Origin: Candidatus Doudnabacteria bacterium | GTDB lineage: Bacteria; Patescibacteriota; Doudnabacteria; UBA920; 2-01-FULL-46-14 | Assembly: GCA_041497195.1 (NCBI GenBank) | Contig: JBGQGB010000005.1 | Span: 9,243-73,242, forward strand | DNA: 64,000 bases | Reading direction: 5' to 3' | In this document: positions 1 to 8,765 of the stretch, one piece after another | How positions within the stretch are numbered: the first letter of the stretch is position 1 | Layout: each line of letters begins with the position of its first letter | Made by a program: the position numbers and the translations under genes | Notes under the pieces: model-generated | Told to the model about the DNA's origin: nothing | What the model saw: the letters and a program-made list of their open reading frames with translations, nothing else | The model's database searches: none

Positions 1-191
1 ACGCGCGGCCTGGTCATGGAAATTCTTTGCTGTCCTTTCGATGGGATATAAAATCTTGCGATCAGGACTCACGCTCATTAGGCTATCCCTCCTTCAAATA
101 TCCAATTTTATCAGTATTGCAAAAAAAACACAACAAAGGGGTCTGCCTCTGGCAGACCCCTTTGTTAGAAAACCAAAAAAAAATAACCTAC

Positions 192-776
192 CTAGCCTTT
201 CGCCCGAGCAGTGCGGAGTGCTTCCGCCCACCACAACAGACTGGTAAACAGATTTTGCAGAGATTGTGCGGCCATGGGATTTTGCGGTTGCCCGGCTTCG
301 TCAAAAGCTTCCCGGATACGCGGGATGAGCACAGCCTGCTCGACCGGGGCCATCTGCAGTTCAATGGCGACCAAGCGCAACTGCTCGACAGCGCGCACGC
401 CGGCGCCAGGCCCACCGTAGCTTATAAAAGCGACGGCTTTTTTGTTCCATTCTTTGTACACCGCATCCAAAGCGCTTTTGAGCACTGCCGGATATCCGTG
501 ATTATACTCCGGCGTGATGATGATGAATCCGTCGCCATCGGCGATTTTTTTACCCCAGGCTCGGACCAGTTCATTTGGGTATTGCCCATCCGTGACCCGG
601 CTCGGAGACGTCGGCTCGTCATAGTAAGGCAGCTGCCAATCCCGCAGATCCAGCAGTTCCAGGTCGGCTCGATCGTCTTTTTGCAGACTGGCCATCACCC
701 AAGCTGCCACCTTTTCGCCCGCGCGGTTTTGCCGGGTGCTGCCGAGGATGATTTTGATTTTTGGTTTAGTTGACAT
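192..776 (-). CDS. NAD(P)H-dependent FMN reductase (flavodoxin-like fold); start taken at internal Met MSTKPKIKIIL (ORF track extends to 809)
   Basis: Translation KIKIILGSTRQNRAG...ITPEYNHGYP matches FMN_red family hallmarks; AGGAAAGG upstream of the 776 start. Confidence 0.7.
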   Translation of the reverse strand: MSTKPKIKIILGSTRQNRAGEKVAAWVMASLQKDDRADLELLDLRDWQLPYYDEPTSPSRVTDGQYPNELVRAWGKKIADGDGFIIITPEYNHGYPAVLKSALDAVYKEWNKKAVAFISYGGPGAGVRAVEQLRLVAIELQMAPVEQAVLIPRIREAFDEAGQPQNPMAAQSLQNLFTSLLWWAEALRTARAKG

Positions 777-810
777 AAAAAATGTACTAGCCTTTCCTGA
801 TTTATCCAAA

Positions 811-1092
811 TTAGCTTTCTGCCCGATCCGATATCACAATCGGCCTGCCGTGAATCAAAGCTTCGGAAACTTTCTTGTAAGCCGAGGTGAGGATCCGCTG
901 AAACGTGCTCTGCGAAATCGCCATTTCCGCGGCGGCCGCGGTCTGGTCCAAGCCCTTGATGTTCTTGAGGCGCAGGGCTTCTGCTTCCTCACGCGAAATT
1001 TCCACAGTTTCCGCCCCCTGCCGCCCAGCGGGGCGGAAAGTCCGGACTCTGGGACAATAGCTGATGCGACAATGACAACGCGGTCTAGTCAT
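811..1092 (-). CDS. DUF134 (UPF0251) family small DNA-binding protein
   Basis: N-terminus MTRPRCHCRISYCP plus C-terminal sigma-70 region-4-like HTH (LDQTAAAAEMAISQSTFQRILTSAYKKVSEAL), typical of DUF134. Confidence 0.65.
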   Translation of the reverse strand: MTRPRCHCRISYCPRVRTFRPAGRQGAETVEISREEAEALRLKNIKGLDQTAAAAEMAISQSTFQRILTSAYKKVSEALIHGRPIVISDRAES

Positions 1093-1202
1093 AAAACTTG
1101 CGATAGACGAGTGAACTTGGTACGCTTCCTCTCAGAGAAAAGCCTTCCGGAGTCCCTTTCCCCAAAATAGAGAAAGGGACCCCATTCCAAAAGGCTTTTC
1201 TT

Positions 1203-1379
1203 CTATTTTTTGTCTGCCTGCTTGGACTGAAGCTCTTCTTTGAAATGACGAATGGTCGCCAGTTTGGCTTCCATTATCTTTTCCCGCTCTTCCAAGAAAG
1301 CGATTTGGTCTTTGTGAGACCACTCACCCAGCGAGTCATACCCGCCGCATCCCCCGCCACACATTCCTTGTCCGTGCAT
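1203..1379 (-). CDS. small DUF5320-like protein, 58 aa (MHGQGMCGGGCGGYDSLGEWSHKDQIAFLEEREKIMEAKLATIRHFKEELQSKQADKK); not in the ORF track because it is <60 aa
   Basis: Hand translation of the minus strand; Gly/Cys-rich N-terminus followed by a coiled-coil, the usual DUF5320 architecture, immediately downstream of the DUF134 gene. Confidence 0.5.
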   Translation of the reverse strand: MHGQGMCGGGCGGYDSLGEWSHKDQIAFLEEREKIMEAKLATIRHFKEELQSKQADKK

Positions 1380-1579
1380 ATTTTTGTAATTTTTCTTGGT
1401 TAATTTTCCGGCGACGACCTTTAAAATATCGCCTTTGTCTTATGAATATATACCCAAAACGAAATATTGTCAAGCCGCGACCGGAGCTGGAAAAACTCTA
1501 ATATGGCAAAATAAATACCGGGCAGGACGCAAACGCATCCAGCCCGGTCGATTGAGTAGCCTAGCCACGCAATCTTCGT

Positions 1580-2410
1580 TTAATCCAAAAGTTGTTCGAC
1601 CTTCCGGCGCAGATCAGCGAGTGAACGACCACGAAGGTGTTTGGGGTTCACCTCCGACGTGATGGGGATCTCCCAGCGCTGCGGCCCGACGATGTCGTGC
1701 AGAAACCGCCGCAATGGTAGCACGCCCTCTTCGGGAAACACATTCCGCCCCTGCAGGTGACCCCAGCTCGGAACAGTGTCTGCCAGATGAATTTCATCCA
1801 CGCGATGACCAAATTCTTGCCAGAAATCAGCATATTGGCCCAGCACCACGTTCCGGTCTGTGGGAATGTTTTCAACCCCATAGGTCTCGAGGGAATACTC
1901 GAGAAAATGCTGGGTGTCAAACACCACGCCCAATTGCTCGTGAGTGCGCAGGATGTGGAGAAAATCCTGATAGGAAAATTCGTATTTCTCCTTCCTGGTT
2001 TGCGGGGTTGGCGCTGCAATGGTCTGGAGTTGAAAGTTCGGATACCTCAGCGCACGTGCCCAGTAATTAGCGTAAATTACGACCGGTTCAACCACCCCCT
2101 TGGGAATCTGTGCTGAAAGCGGCGTGTTCGCTCGAGGTAACTGCCGCGCCCAATCCAAAGGGTGGCTGAACCACATGCTGGGATCATGCCGCAGTTCCCA
2201 GCACTGGTGCCAGCGGACATCAAGTCCGAGGTTGTCGGCTTGGATGAAGAAGCAACTAAAATTCTTGGCCACGTTGGGAGTCAGCAAAATCTCGACTCCG
2301 CCAAATCCAGCCTCTTTAATCGCTCGAAGTCGCCCCAACACAGAAAGACCCAGATGGCAGCCAAACCCAAAAAACCAGTACGGCAAGAACAACCGTGCCT
2401 TCGTCTTCAT
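1580..2410 (-). CDS. xylose-isomerase-like TIM-barrel protein (sugar phosphate isomerase/epimerase family)
   Basis: Motifs VFDTQHF and EIHLAD resemble the conserved D-T-x-H and H-L-x-D of the family; GGAGG RBS upstream of MKTKARL (start trimmed from 2593). Confidence 0.5.
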   Translation of the reverse strand: MKTKARLFLPYWFFGFGCHLGLSVLGRLRAIKEAGFGGVEILLTPNVAKNFSCFFIQADNLGLDVRWHQCWELRHDPSMWFSHPLDWARQLPRANTPLSAQIPKGVVEPVVIYANYWARALRYPNFQLQTIAAPTPQTRKEKYEFSYQDFLHILRTHEQLGVVFDTQHFLEYSLETYGVENIPTDRNVVLGQYADFWQEFGHRVDEIHLADTVPSWGHLQGRNVFPEEGVLPLRRFLHDIVGPQRWEIPITSEVNPKHLRGRSLADLRRKVEQLLD

Positions 2411-2585
2411 CAGAATCCTCCATTCGATCTCTGAAAACATTAGATAATAGCACAAAACCGGCCCCGGGTCAATAGTGTGAGTCCCCTGAGGAAGATATGG
2501 TAGTCGTCTGGAAAACAAAAAACCGCCTTTTGGCGGCTGGAAAATTTGCAAGATGAGGTCTTTCCTCTGCGAATGCGAGCTCGTG

Positions 2586-3311
2586 CTACACAATGCGGGT
2601 TACGAAAAAAATCAATACGATGCCCGCAATCGTCAATAAAATCAAGCTGTAAGAACTCTGCCTGCTGTGCGCCTCAGGCAACAGATCGCTGGCTCCAATA
2701 TAGAGCAGAAATCCGGCAAAAAACCCCAGATACAAAACCAGAAAGTTCACCGGGATCGCAAACAAAAAAGTGGCAAGAACTCCGATGATCGGGGCAATCG
2801 CGTCAATCAGCAAAAGCCGCAGGGCTTTGCGGACCGTGTTTTTGTTCAAAAGCATCAGGCTGACAGTGTTCAGCCCGTCGGAAAAATCATGGGCAATCAC
2901 TGCCAAGGCAATCACCGCGCCGACGCTCGTACTGACCTGAAAACCCAAACCGATGCCGACTCCGTCCAAAAAACTGTGAAACGCCAGGCCGGAGGCGCCG
3001 ATGTAGCCGACCAGCGGGTGGCGATGTTCGGCATATTCCGCTTCGTGAGGACTGTGAATCACGGCCAGCTTTTCCAAAATGTGAATGGCCAAAAACCCGA
3101 CTACGATCGCAATCAAAGGCGGCGTCAGGTCCAGGTGATGTTCGGTTGTGGTGGAAAAAATTTCCGGAATAATGTCAAAAAATGTCACCCCCAGCAAAAC
3201 CCCCGCCGTAAAACTGATGATGAGGTGCAGTTTCCCCCGGTAACGGATGCCAAACAGGCCGCCGGAAAAAGTCGATAAAAAAGTGCCAAAGGCCAAAAGT
3301 AAGCTGATCAT
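2586..3311 (-). CDS. ZIP family zinc/iron permease (ZupT-like)
   Basis: Polytopic membrane protein with a His-rich loop (HSPHEAEYAEHRH) and HDFSDG/HSFLDG motifs typical of ZIP transporters. Confidence 0.75.
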   Translation of the reverse strand: MISLLLAFGTFLSTFSGGLFGIRYRGKLHLIISFTAGVLLGVTFFDIIPEIFSTTTEHHLDLTPPLIAIVVGFLAIHILEKLAVIHSPHEAEYAEHRHPLVGYIGASGLAFHSFLDGVGIGLGFQVSTSVGAVIALAVIAHDFSDGLNTVSLMLLNKNTVRKALRLLLIDAIAPIIGVLATFLFAIPVNFLVLYLGFFAGFLLYIGASDLLPEAHSRQSSYSLILLTIAGIVLIFFVTRIV

Positions 3312-3426
3312 AATATCTTCAATTAATCAATCCCGATTGCGGCTACATATCAACCAATATAACACTTATTCTCCAATTGAAAAACCTGGCGGGGATGGGG
3401 GCAGAAAAATCTGTTATACTTACGGC

Positions 3427-3960
3427 ATGAAAATCCCTACTAATCGTAGGTTCACACTTGCCCTGATGCTGGGCTTTTTATTTGCCACACCACTGCTCTC
3501 CCAGGCTCACGGTGGCGTTTCCCAAACTGTCGGCAATGTGGTGGTGCATCTCAACCAAACCCCGATTTCGCCGCTGCTGGGCGAGGAAGTCACCATGAAC
3601 TTTTCCATTCGGAACTTACAAAATAAACCCATACCCAATTTGCCGATTGAGCTCAACCTGACAGACACGTTCTACGGCGACGCCACCAAAGACAAACTCA
3701 TTCTGACCAAAAACTTCACGACTGATGTCAACGGCGATTTTGCCTTTACTTATAGCTATAATAAAGAAAACTATTTCGATATTGACCTGAATTTCCAAGA
3801 CCCGGACACCAAGCAAGATGAAGAAACCGGATTTCTGGTCCAGCCGCGGGACGCAGTCATCATCTCGACCAAACAAGCGATTTACCAAGACCTCGGGCTG
3901 CTGGCCATGGGGTTTCTCCTGGCCCTCATCGCCCAGGAATACTGGTGGCGGAAAAAATAA
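3427..3960 (+). CDS. hypothetical secreted/membrane-anchored protein (signal peptide plus C-terminal TM helix)
   Basis: Start trimmed to MKIPTNRRFTLALMLGFLFATPLLSQA (signal-peptide-like); C-terminal LGLLAMGFLLALIAQEYWWRKK. Confidence 0.45.
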   Translation: MKIPTNRRFTLALMLGFLFATPLLSQAHGGVSQTVGNVVVHLNQTPISPLLGEEVTMNFSIRNLQNKPIPNLPIELNLTDTFYGDATKDKLILTKNFTTDVNGDFAFTYSYNKENYFDIDLNFQDPDTKQDEETGFLVQPRDAVIISTKQAIYQDLGLLAMGFLLALIAQEYWWRKK

Positions 3961-4017
3961 AAAAACCCTGTCTGCCGACAGGCAAGCGCACCTGAGACGG
4001 TTAGACAAATTTTTATT

Positions 4018-4410
4018 TTAGCGGTTCAGAAAAAATCCACGCAGGGTTTTCACGCTATAATAAAGCGCCAACACAAAAATCACAGCCAGTAGCTGGTTGG
4101 CAGCAAAAAATTTACTCTCCGGAGAGTAGTGCACATACGCCTGGACTGCCCCGGCCTCGAACACAAAAAACCCAGCGACTGACACCACGACGTTGACGAT
4201 AGCGCTCCAATACAGGACCGGGTTGGTCAGGCCGGCCGCCAGAGCCAACACTGCAATGCTTAGGAGGGAAAAGGGTAAAGGCACAGTCAAATATTTTACA
4301 AACCACGGCAGGCCAATGAGCATCAGCAGAGCGGCTACCAAAAAACAGTCGCGGACAATATCTCCGTAATAATGCAAGGACTTTTGCTGACCAGCAGGAA
4401 TTTCTGACAT
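4018..4410 (-). CDS. hypothetical integral membrane protein
   Basis: 130-aa ORF with 3-4 hydrophobic helices. Confidence 0.45.
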   Translation of the reverse strand: MSEIPAGQQKSLHYYGDIVRDCFLVAALLMLIGLPWFVKYLTVPLPFSLLSIAVLALAAGLTNPVLYWSAIVNVVVSVAGFFVFEAGAVQAYVHYSPESKFFAANQLLAVIFVLALYYSVKTLRGFFLNR

Positions 4411-4533
4411 TTGAGATCGAGGACTTACTGACAGGCTTTTCTCTAGTATATACCTAGCTCACAAACTAAATCCAGTAGAATAGCATGGGTCTTATTCATT
4501 TACCAAAAGACTCATGGTTGCTAGACTTCCATC

Positions 4534-5379
4534 ATGCTTTCTTATCTTCAAGCAGTCATTTTGGGTCTCCTCCAGGGGCTCACTGAACTCTTCCCCATCT
4601 CCAGCCTGGGACACAGCGTACTGTTACCCGGCCTGTTGGGTTGGCACTTGTGGCAGACGGACAATTTTTTTCTAATCTTTCTGGTCGCCACGCATTTCGC
4701 CACAGCCCTGGTGCTGGTGGTGTTTTACCGGCAGGATTGGATACGAATTGTGCGCGGCATCTTGCGCTCCCTGAAGCGTCGGGAAATCGGTGACCCTGAC
4801 GCCAAACTAGGCTGGCTTCTGGTCACTGCGACAGTCCCAGCAGGCATTATGGGAGTGCTGTTTGAGGAACAAATCCGCAACTTTTTCCTTTCCGCCAAAT
4901 CTGCTGCTTTCTTTCTCGCTCTCAACGGCGTACTGCTGCTCCTAGCCGAAGTTTTGAGAAAACGCGCCAGTCTTGGCGCAGACTCTCGCGACGCGGACCA
5001 ACGTATTGCCAAATTGACCTGGGGGCAAGCCCTCAAAGTCGGGGCTATGCAGATTCTGGCGCTGTTGCCAGGCTTTTCCCGCACCGGCGCCACCATCGCC
5101 GGCAGCCTGATGGTCGGCCTGTCGCACGAAGACGCCCTGCGCTATTCGTTTCTCCTGGCGACCCCAATCATCGGCGCCGCCGCGGTCCTGAAGCTGCCGG
5201 AACTGAGCAGCTTGCCGGGTCCGGAAATAAAAACCGCTCTGGTGGGAGCGGTTTGCGCAGCCGTAGCTGCTTATTTTTCCGTACGGTTTTTGACGAAATA
5301 TTTCCAGACCAAAACTCTGCGACCTTTTGCCATCTATTGCCTGGCAGCGAGCTTGGTGGCCTGGGCTTTGTTGCGCTAG
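4534..5379 (+). CDS. uppP: undecaprenyl-diphosphatase UppP (BacA)
   Basis: N-terminus LQAVILGLLQGLTELFPISSLGHSVL and overall polytopic architecture match BacA/UppP. Confidence 0.85.
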   Translation: MLSYLQAVILGLLQGLTELFPISSLGHSVLLPGLLGWHLWQTDNFFLIFLVATHFATALVLVVFYRQDWIRIVRGILRSLKRREIGDPDAKLGWLLVTATVPAGIMGVLFEEQIRNFFLSAKSAAFFLALNGVLLLLAEVLRKRASLGADSRDADQRIAKLTWGQALKVGAMQILALLPGFSRTGATIAGSLMVGLSHEDALRYSFLLATPIIGAAAVLKLPELSSLPGPEIKTALVGAVCAAVAAYFSVRFLTKYFQTKTLRPFAIYCLAASLVAWALLR

Positions 5380-5600
5380 GCTGATTTTTTCCCGCTTCGA
5401 AACCACGCCAGCGCCAACGCGCCCAAACCCAAAATCAGCGAGGCTAACCCGTGCTTGAAATGGATTGTTGAGGAGCCTGAAAAATATCCCGGGAAATAAT
5501 GCGGCAGCGACCCCGCCGGGATGCGCCAGTAAATGATCGCGACAATTATCAAAACCACTCCGACAAGGCCTGCCAAAATTGAGATTGATTTGTTGTTCAT
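5376..5600 (-). CDS. small membrane protein, 74 aa (start trimmed to MNNKSISILAGLVG)
   Basis: Two hydrophobic helices; the upstream part of the ORF looks non-coding. Confidence 0.4.
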   Translation of the reverse strand: MNNKSISILAGLVGVVLIIVAIIYWRIPAGSLPHYFPGYFSGSSTIHFKHGLASLILGLGALALAWFRSGKKSA

Positions 5601-5708
5601 AAGCTTGACTGTAGATGATTTTTTCGGCAATGTCCAACTGCGGCAATTAAAAAAATCAATGCGGATCCTGCTATGGATTTTTGATTTTGTGATTTGGTTC
5701 TGATGATT

Positions 5709-5737
5709 GACCTTTGCTCGGAAAAAAGCTAAAATGT
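5709..5737 (+). promoter_or_regulatory. sigma70-type promoter TTGACC-17-TAAAAT upstream of a 33-codon ORF
   Basis: Near-consensus hexamers with a 17-nt spacer. Confidence 0.5.
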
Positions 5738-5820
5738 AATGGCTAGGTCTTGTTACAAGACAATCGTCATGGCAAAGCGACGGTCGAGGCACCTTACCTA
5801 ATAAAGAAAGGAACACTACT

Positions 5821-5922
5821 ATGGCTGGAACCCAGAATCAACCGACAGATAGTTCGGTAGAACCGAAGAAAGAAGAAACGAAAGCCCCAGTACAACCGGT
5901 GCCAGAACAAACAAGTAAGTAA
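5821..5922 (+). CDS. candidate 33-aa peptide MAGTQNQPTDSSVEPKKEETKAPVQPVPEQTSK
   Basis: AAGGAA RBS, upstream promoter and an intrinsic terminator immediately downstream; no homology inferred. Confidence 0.3.
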   Translation: MAGTQNQPTDSSVEPKKEETKAPVQPVPEQTSK

Positions 5923-5933
5923 AATCTTTCCAC

Positions 5934-5972
5934 AAAAAAACGCCTCTTGAAAAGGGCGTTTTTTCTTTGGAA
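5934..5972. terminator. bidirectional intrinsic terminator (acgcctctt-gaaa-agggcgt flanked by A/T runs)
   Basis: Hairpin with a T-tract on the plus side and an A-tract on the other; sits between the small ORF and the 3' end of the helicase gene. Confidence 0.6.
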
Positions 5973-5989
5973 AAATCAAAAAATCAGAT

Positions 5990-7234
5990 TTACCAGCGGC
6001 GCCTGGTGGCGTAACGGGAGCGCCGCGGGAAAAAACTCGCCCGTCCGCGGGAACTGCGCCGGCCAGCTGAAGCATAACTGCGGGACGATTCCAGCTGGGC
6101 GTCGAAAAAACCCGGGACTTTGGTCTTGGGCAAAGTCGCGCGCAAGAGCCTTTCAATCGCGAACACATCGTCTCTTTGATCCGGGGTGGCAAAAGAAATC
6201 GCCCGCCCAACGTGACCGGCGCGGCCGGTCCGACCGATCCGGTGGATATAATCATTGGCACTTTGCGGCAGATCAAAATTCACTACCAGCTCAATCCCTT
6301 TCACGTCAATTCCGCGGGCGGCAATGTCAGTGGCGATGAGGATTCGATACTTTCCTGACTTGAAACCATCCAGGGCCTCGCGTCTTTGGGCCAAAGACCG
6401 GTTGGAATGAATCTCTGCCACCCGGTGACCCATTTCCCTGACGTCACGGGTGATCCGCTTGGCCCCGAATTTGGTCCGGGAAAATACCAGGACCGAACCG
6501 TGATAATCCCCTAACAATTTTTCCAAGAGGCGGACTTTTTCGTCCTTGCGGACCACGATCAGTTCCTGCTCGACTTTTTCCGGCACAGTGCCAGACGGGG
6601 CCATCTCCACGCGCACCGGCAGCTGCATATGCCTGGCCGCCAGCTCCACGATCTCGCGGGGTATGGTTGCGGAAAAAAGCATGGTTTGGCGGTCGCGCGG
6701 CAGGAGCGCCAGGATTTCGTTGATTTGGGGGGCAAAACCGATATCGAGCATGCGGTCCGCTTCGTCCAAAACCAAAATCTTCACATTCTTCAGAGTCAGG
6801 AAGCGCTGGTGCAAAATGTCGATGAGCCGACCCGGCGTAGAAATGATGATATGCGGATTGGCGCGCAGGGTTTGTCTTTGCGCTCCAATCGAAGCGCCAC
6901 CAATCAAAAGCGCTGTCCGCAGACCGATTGTGCGGCCGAGTTTTTGAAAAGTTTCGTTGACCTGTATGGCCAGCTCCCGAGTCGGCAATAGCACCAGGCC
7001 CATGCCTTTCTTTTGCGCCAACCGCTGAATCATGGGAATGCCAAAAGCCAAAGTTTTTCCAGTGCCGGTCTGGGCGATGCCGATGATGTCTTTGCCCTCG
7101 ATCGCCACTGGGATGGATTTGTGCTGGATCGGGGTGGGTACGGTGAATTTGAGGGTATCCAAAATCTGCAACAGCCGCGGGGCGATGCTGAGGCCGTCAA
7201 AGGTCGCAGATCCTTCTGAAAAAGTTTTTATCAT
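5990..7234 (-). CDS. DEAD-box ATP-dependent RNA helicase with Arg/Ser-rich C-terminal tail
   Basis: Motifs AQTGTGKTLAF, DEAD, SAT and HRIGRTGR; start set at MIKTF because the TTGACA-17-TACAAT promoter lies between it and the upstream ATG. Confidence 0.85.
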   Translation of the reverse strand: MIKTFSEGSATFDGLSIAPRLLQILDTLKFTVPTPIQHKSIPVAIEGKDIIGIAQTGTGKTLAFGIPMIQRLAQKKGMGLVLLPTRELAIQVNETFQKLGRTIGLRTALLIGGASIGAQRQTLRANPHIIISTPGRLIDILHQRFLTLKNVKILVLDEADRMLDIGFAPQINEILALLPRDRQTMLFSATIPREIVELAARHMQLPVRVEMAPSGTVPEKVEQELIVVRKDEKVRLLEKLLGDYHGSVLVFSRTKFGAKRITRDVREMGHRVAEIHSNRSLAQRREALDGFKSGKYRILIATDIAARGIDVKGIELVVNFDLPQSANDYIHRIGRTGRAGHVGRAISFATPDQRDDVFAIERLLRATLPKTKVPGFFDAQLESSRSYASAGRRSSRGRASFFPRRSRYATRRRW

Positions 7235-7243
7235 AAGAAATAA

Positions 7244-7272
7244 ATTGTAGCACTTTTTTAGCACTCTGTCAA
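7244..7272 (-). promoter_or_regulatory. sigma70 promoter TTGACA-17-TACAAT, 9 nt upstream of the helicase ATG (leaderless configuration)
   Basis: Read on the minus strand: ttgacagagtgctaaaaaagtgctacaat ttatttctt ATG. Confidence 0.55.
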
Positions 7273-7350
7273 CCTAAGTGCTAAAAAACCGCGGCTGAGC
7301 GGTTTCTCTTGCCACCAATCTTTAGGTTAACAAGCAAAATGAGCTTTGAC

Positions 7351-7503
7351 CTATTGATTTTGCTCGCGCAACTTGCGGACAATAAATTCCGCGTACCAAC
7401 TCGGCCAGTCCGCGTCGCGCTGCCCGAGCTGTTTTTCATATTCAGCGTGCGCCTGCTCAGCTGCCCGCAGCAACTGAGTCAATTGTTCTGTCGTCAGGTC
7501 CAT
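7351..7503 (-). CDS. small conserved-looking protein, 50 aa (MDLTTEQLTQLLRAAEQAHAEYEKQLGQRDADWPSWYAEFIVRKLREQNQ)
   Basis: Well-formed minus-strand ORF 12 nt downstream of the FMN-reductase-like gene, followed by a hairpin-plus-T-tract terminator; the 82-aa plus-strand ORF 7309..7557 is its low-complexity antisense. Confidence 0.45.
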   Translation of the reverse strand: MDLTTEQLTQLLRAAEQAHAEYEKQLGQRDADWPSWYAEFIVRKLREQNQ

Positions 7504-7514
7504 AAATTTTTACG

Positions 7515-8150
7515 CTATTCCCCTTTTGGAACCAGGGGGTTCTGTTTCAAAAGGTGAGCGTAATAGACCAGGTTTCTGGCCAAATTTTTGGCCATGTGCT
7601 GGGTGGCGTCATTGGCCAGACGCCGCTGCCGGTCTGTGCTGACGGGTTGGCCGACTTCCCCAACCCAATAAGCGGCACATTCCGGCGGCAGGGTAAACCC
7701 GAACCAGGTCAAAACCATCATGATCGTGCCCATAGTGCTCAAGGCTCCGTCCTCGCTGCCGGTGATGACGATACCGGCAACTTTGTTGTACAAAGCACTT
7801 CGTCCGTTGGCGACATACTCCTCATCCAGCGCATCCATTCGTTCGATCATTCGCTGCATCAGGCTGGAGCGACCGCCCCACCAAACCGGTGTGGCAAAAA
7901 TGATGATGTCAGCGGTCTTAATTTTTTTGACAATATCCGGCCAGTCGTCGTCCTCACTCTCGCGAAATCCGAGGCCGACGGGAATCTTTTTGTCTGACAA
8001 GCGCACGATTTCCGAGATGACCTTGTGCTTGTTCATATTCTCGAGCACCAGTTCGGAGAGTTCCTGAGTATTGGAAATGTCCTGGCCCTCGTGCTTCAAA
8101 GACGCATTCAAAACTAAAACCTTCAGCTCCTGCTGCCCGCCTGCGGGCAT
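7515..8150 (-). CDS. flavodoxin-like NAD(P)H-dependent FMN reductase family protein (alternative start at 8183)
   Basis: ELKVLVLNASLKHEG...IIFATPVWWGG flavodoxin-fold motifs; GAGGA 7 nt upstream of the 8150 ATG. Confidence 0.65.
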   Translation of the reverse strand: MPAGGQQELKVLVLNASLKHEGQDISNTQELSELVLENMNKHKVISEIVRLSDKKIPVGLGFRESEDDDWPDIVKKIKTADIIIFATPVWWGGRSSLMQRMIERMDALDEEYVANGRSALYNKVAGIVITGSEDGALSTMGTIMMVLTWFGFTLPPECAAYWVGEVGQPVSTDRQRRLANDATQHMAKNLARNLVYYAHLLKQNPLVPKGE

Positions 8151-8196
8151 ATCGCAGTCCTCGCACGGTTTGGTCCTGTACATAGAGTTTGCTTGG

Positions 8197-8556
8197 TTAA
8201 TTCTTATAATTTAAAAAAACTAAACTCACGATTTTCACCAGATTGATCACCAGCAATCCGGTCAAAAGCCAATAGTCGAGCCGGTGTGTAAACAGCTGGA
8301 CCAAAACACCGACTGACAACACGATGGTGCCCGCCACCAAGGCGCTGCGGTTGGCCAGATAGCGGTGCTGCATTTCCCGTTCATCCACGCTCTTGCCCTC
8401 GCCGACAAACGACATGGCCACCACGTAAAGAGCGAGCAGGACTGAGACTGAGAGCATTTGCCCCATGCTCATGGCCACCTGACTGCGCTGAATCAAAAAG
8501 CCAGACAAGAGGGCAATGAAAACCAGAAGCAATAAATAATAGGTGATGACCTTCAT
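8197..8556 (-). CDS. hypothetical 4-TM membrane protein, paired with the upstream XRE regulator
   Basis: Hydrophobicity pattern; 5-nt gap to the HTH gene. Confidence 0.45.
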   Translation of the reverse strand: MKVITYYLLLLVFIALLSGFLIQRSQVAMSMGQMLSVSVLLALYVVAMSFVGEGKSVDEREMQHRYLANRSALVAGTIVLSVGVLVQLFTHRLDYWLLTGLLVINLVKIVSLVFLNYKN

Positions 8557-8560
8557 ATGA

Positions 8561-8758
8561 TTATTTTAAGTGAAACAGCTCTTCCACGCCAACCCGAAAA
8601 AACCGAGCCAGTTGCATACCGAGCATCAGCGACGGCGTATAATTGCCTTTTTCAATGGCCACAATCGTCTGCCGCGACACCCCGACCGCGTCGGCGAGCT
8701 GCTCTTGGGTCACCTCCCGATCTGTGCGTAATTTTTTGATTTCATTGGAAATAGACAT
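8561..8758 (-). CDS. XRE-family helix-turn-helix transcriptional regulator, 65 aa
   Basis: MSISNEIKKLRTDREVTQEQLADAVGVSRQTIVAIEKGNYTPSL is a classic Cro/C1-type HTH; start trimmed from the TTG-initiated ORF. Confidence 0.75.
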   Translation of the reverse strand: MSISNEIKKLRTDREVTQEQLADAVGVSRQTIVAIEKGNYTPSLMLGMQLARFFRVGVEELFHLK

Positions 8759-8765
8759 AGCTCGC

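Noticed and set aside
2667-3278. 203-aa plus-strand ORF rich in Q/K/R/N
   Set aside because: Antisense to the well-supported ZIP transporter gene; the composition is typical of shadow ORFs
7309-7557. 82-aa plus-strand ORF
   Set aside because: L/R/F-rich low-complexity translation; the in-phase antisense 50-aa ORF with operon context and terminator is far more protein-like
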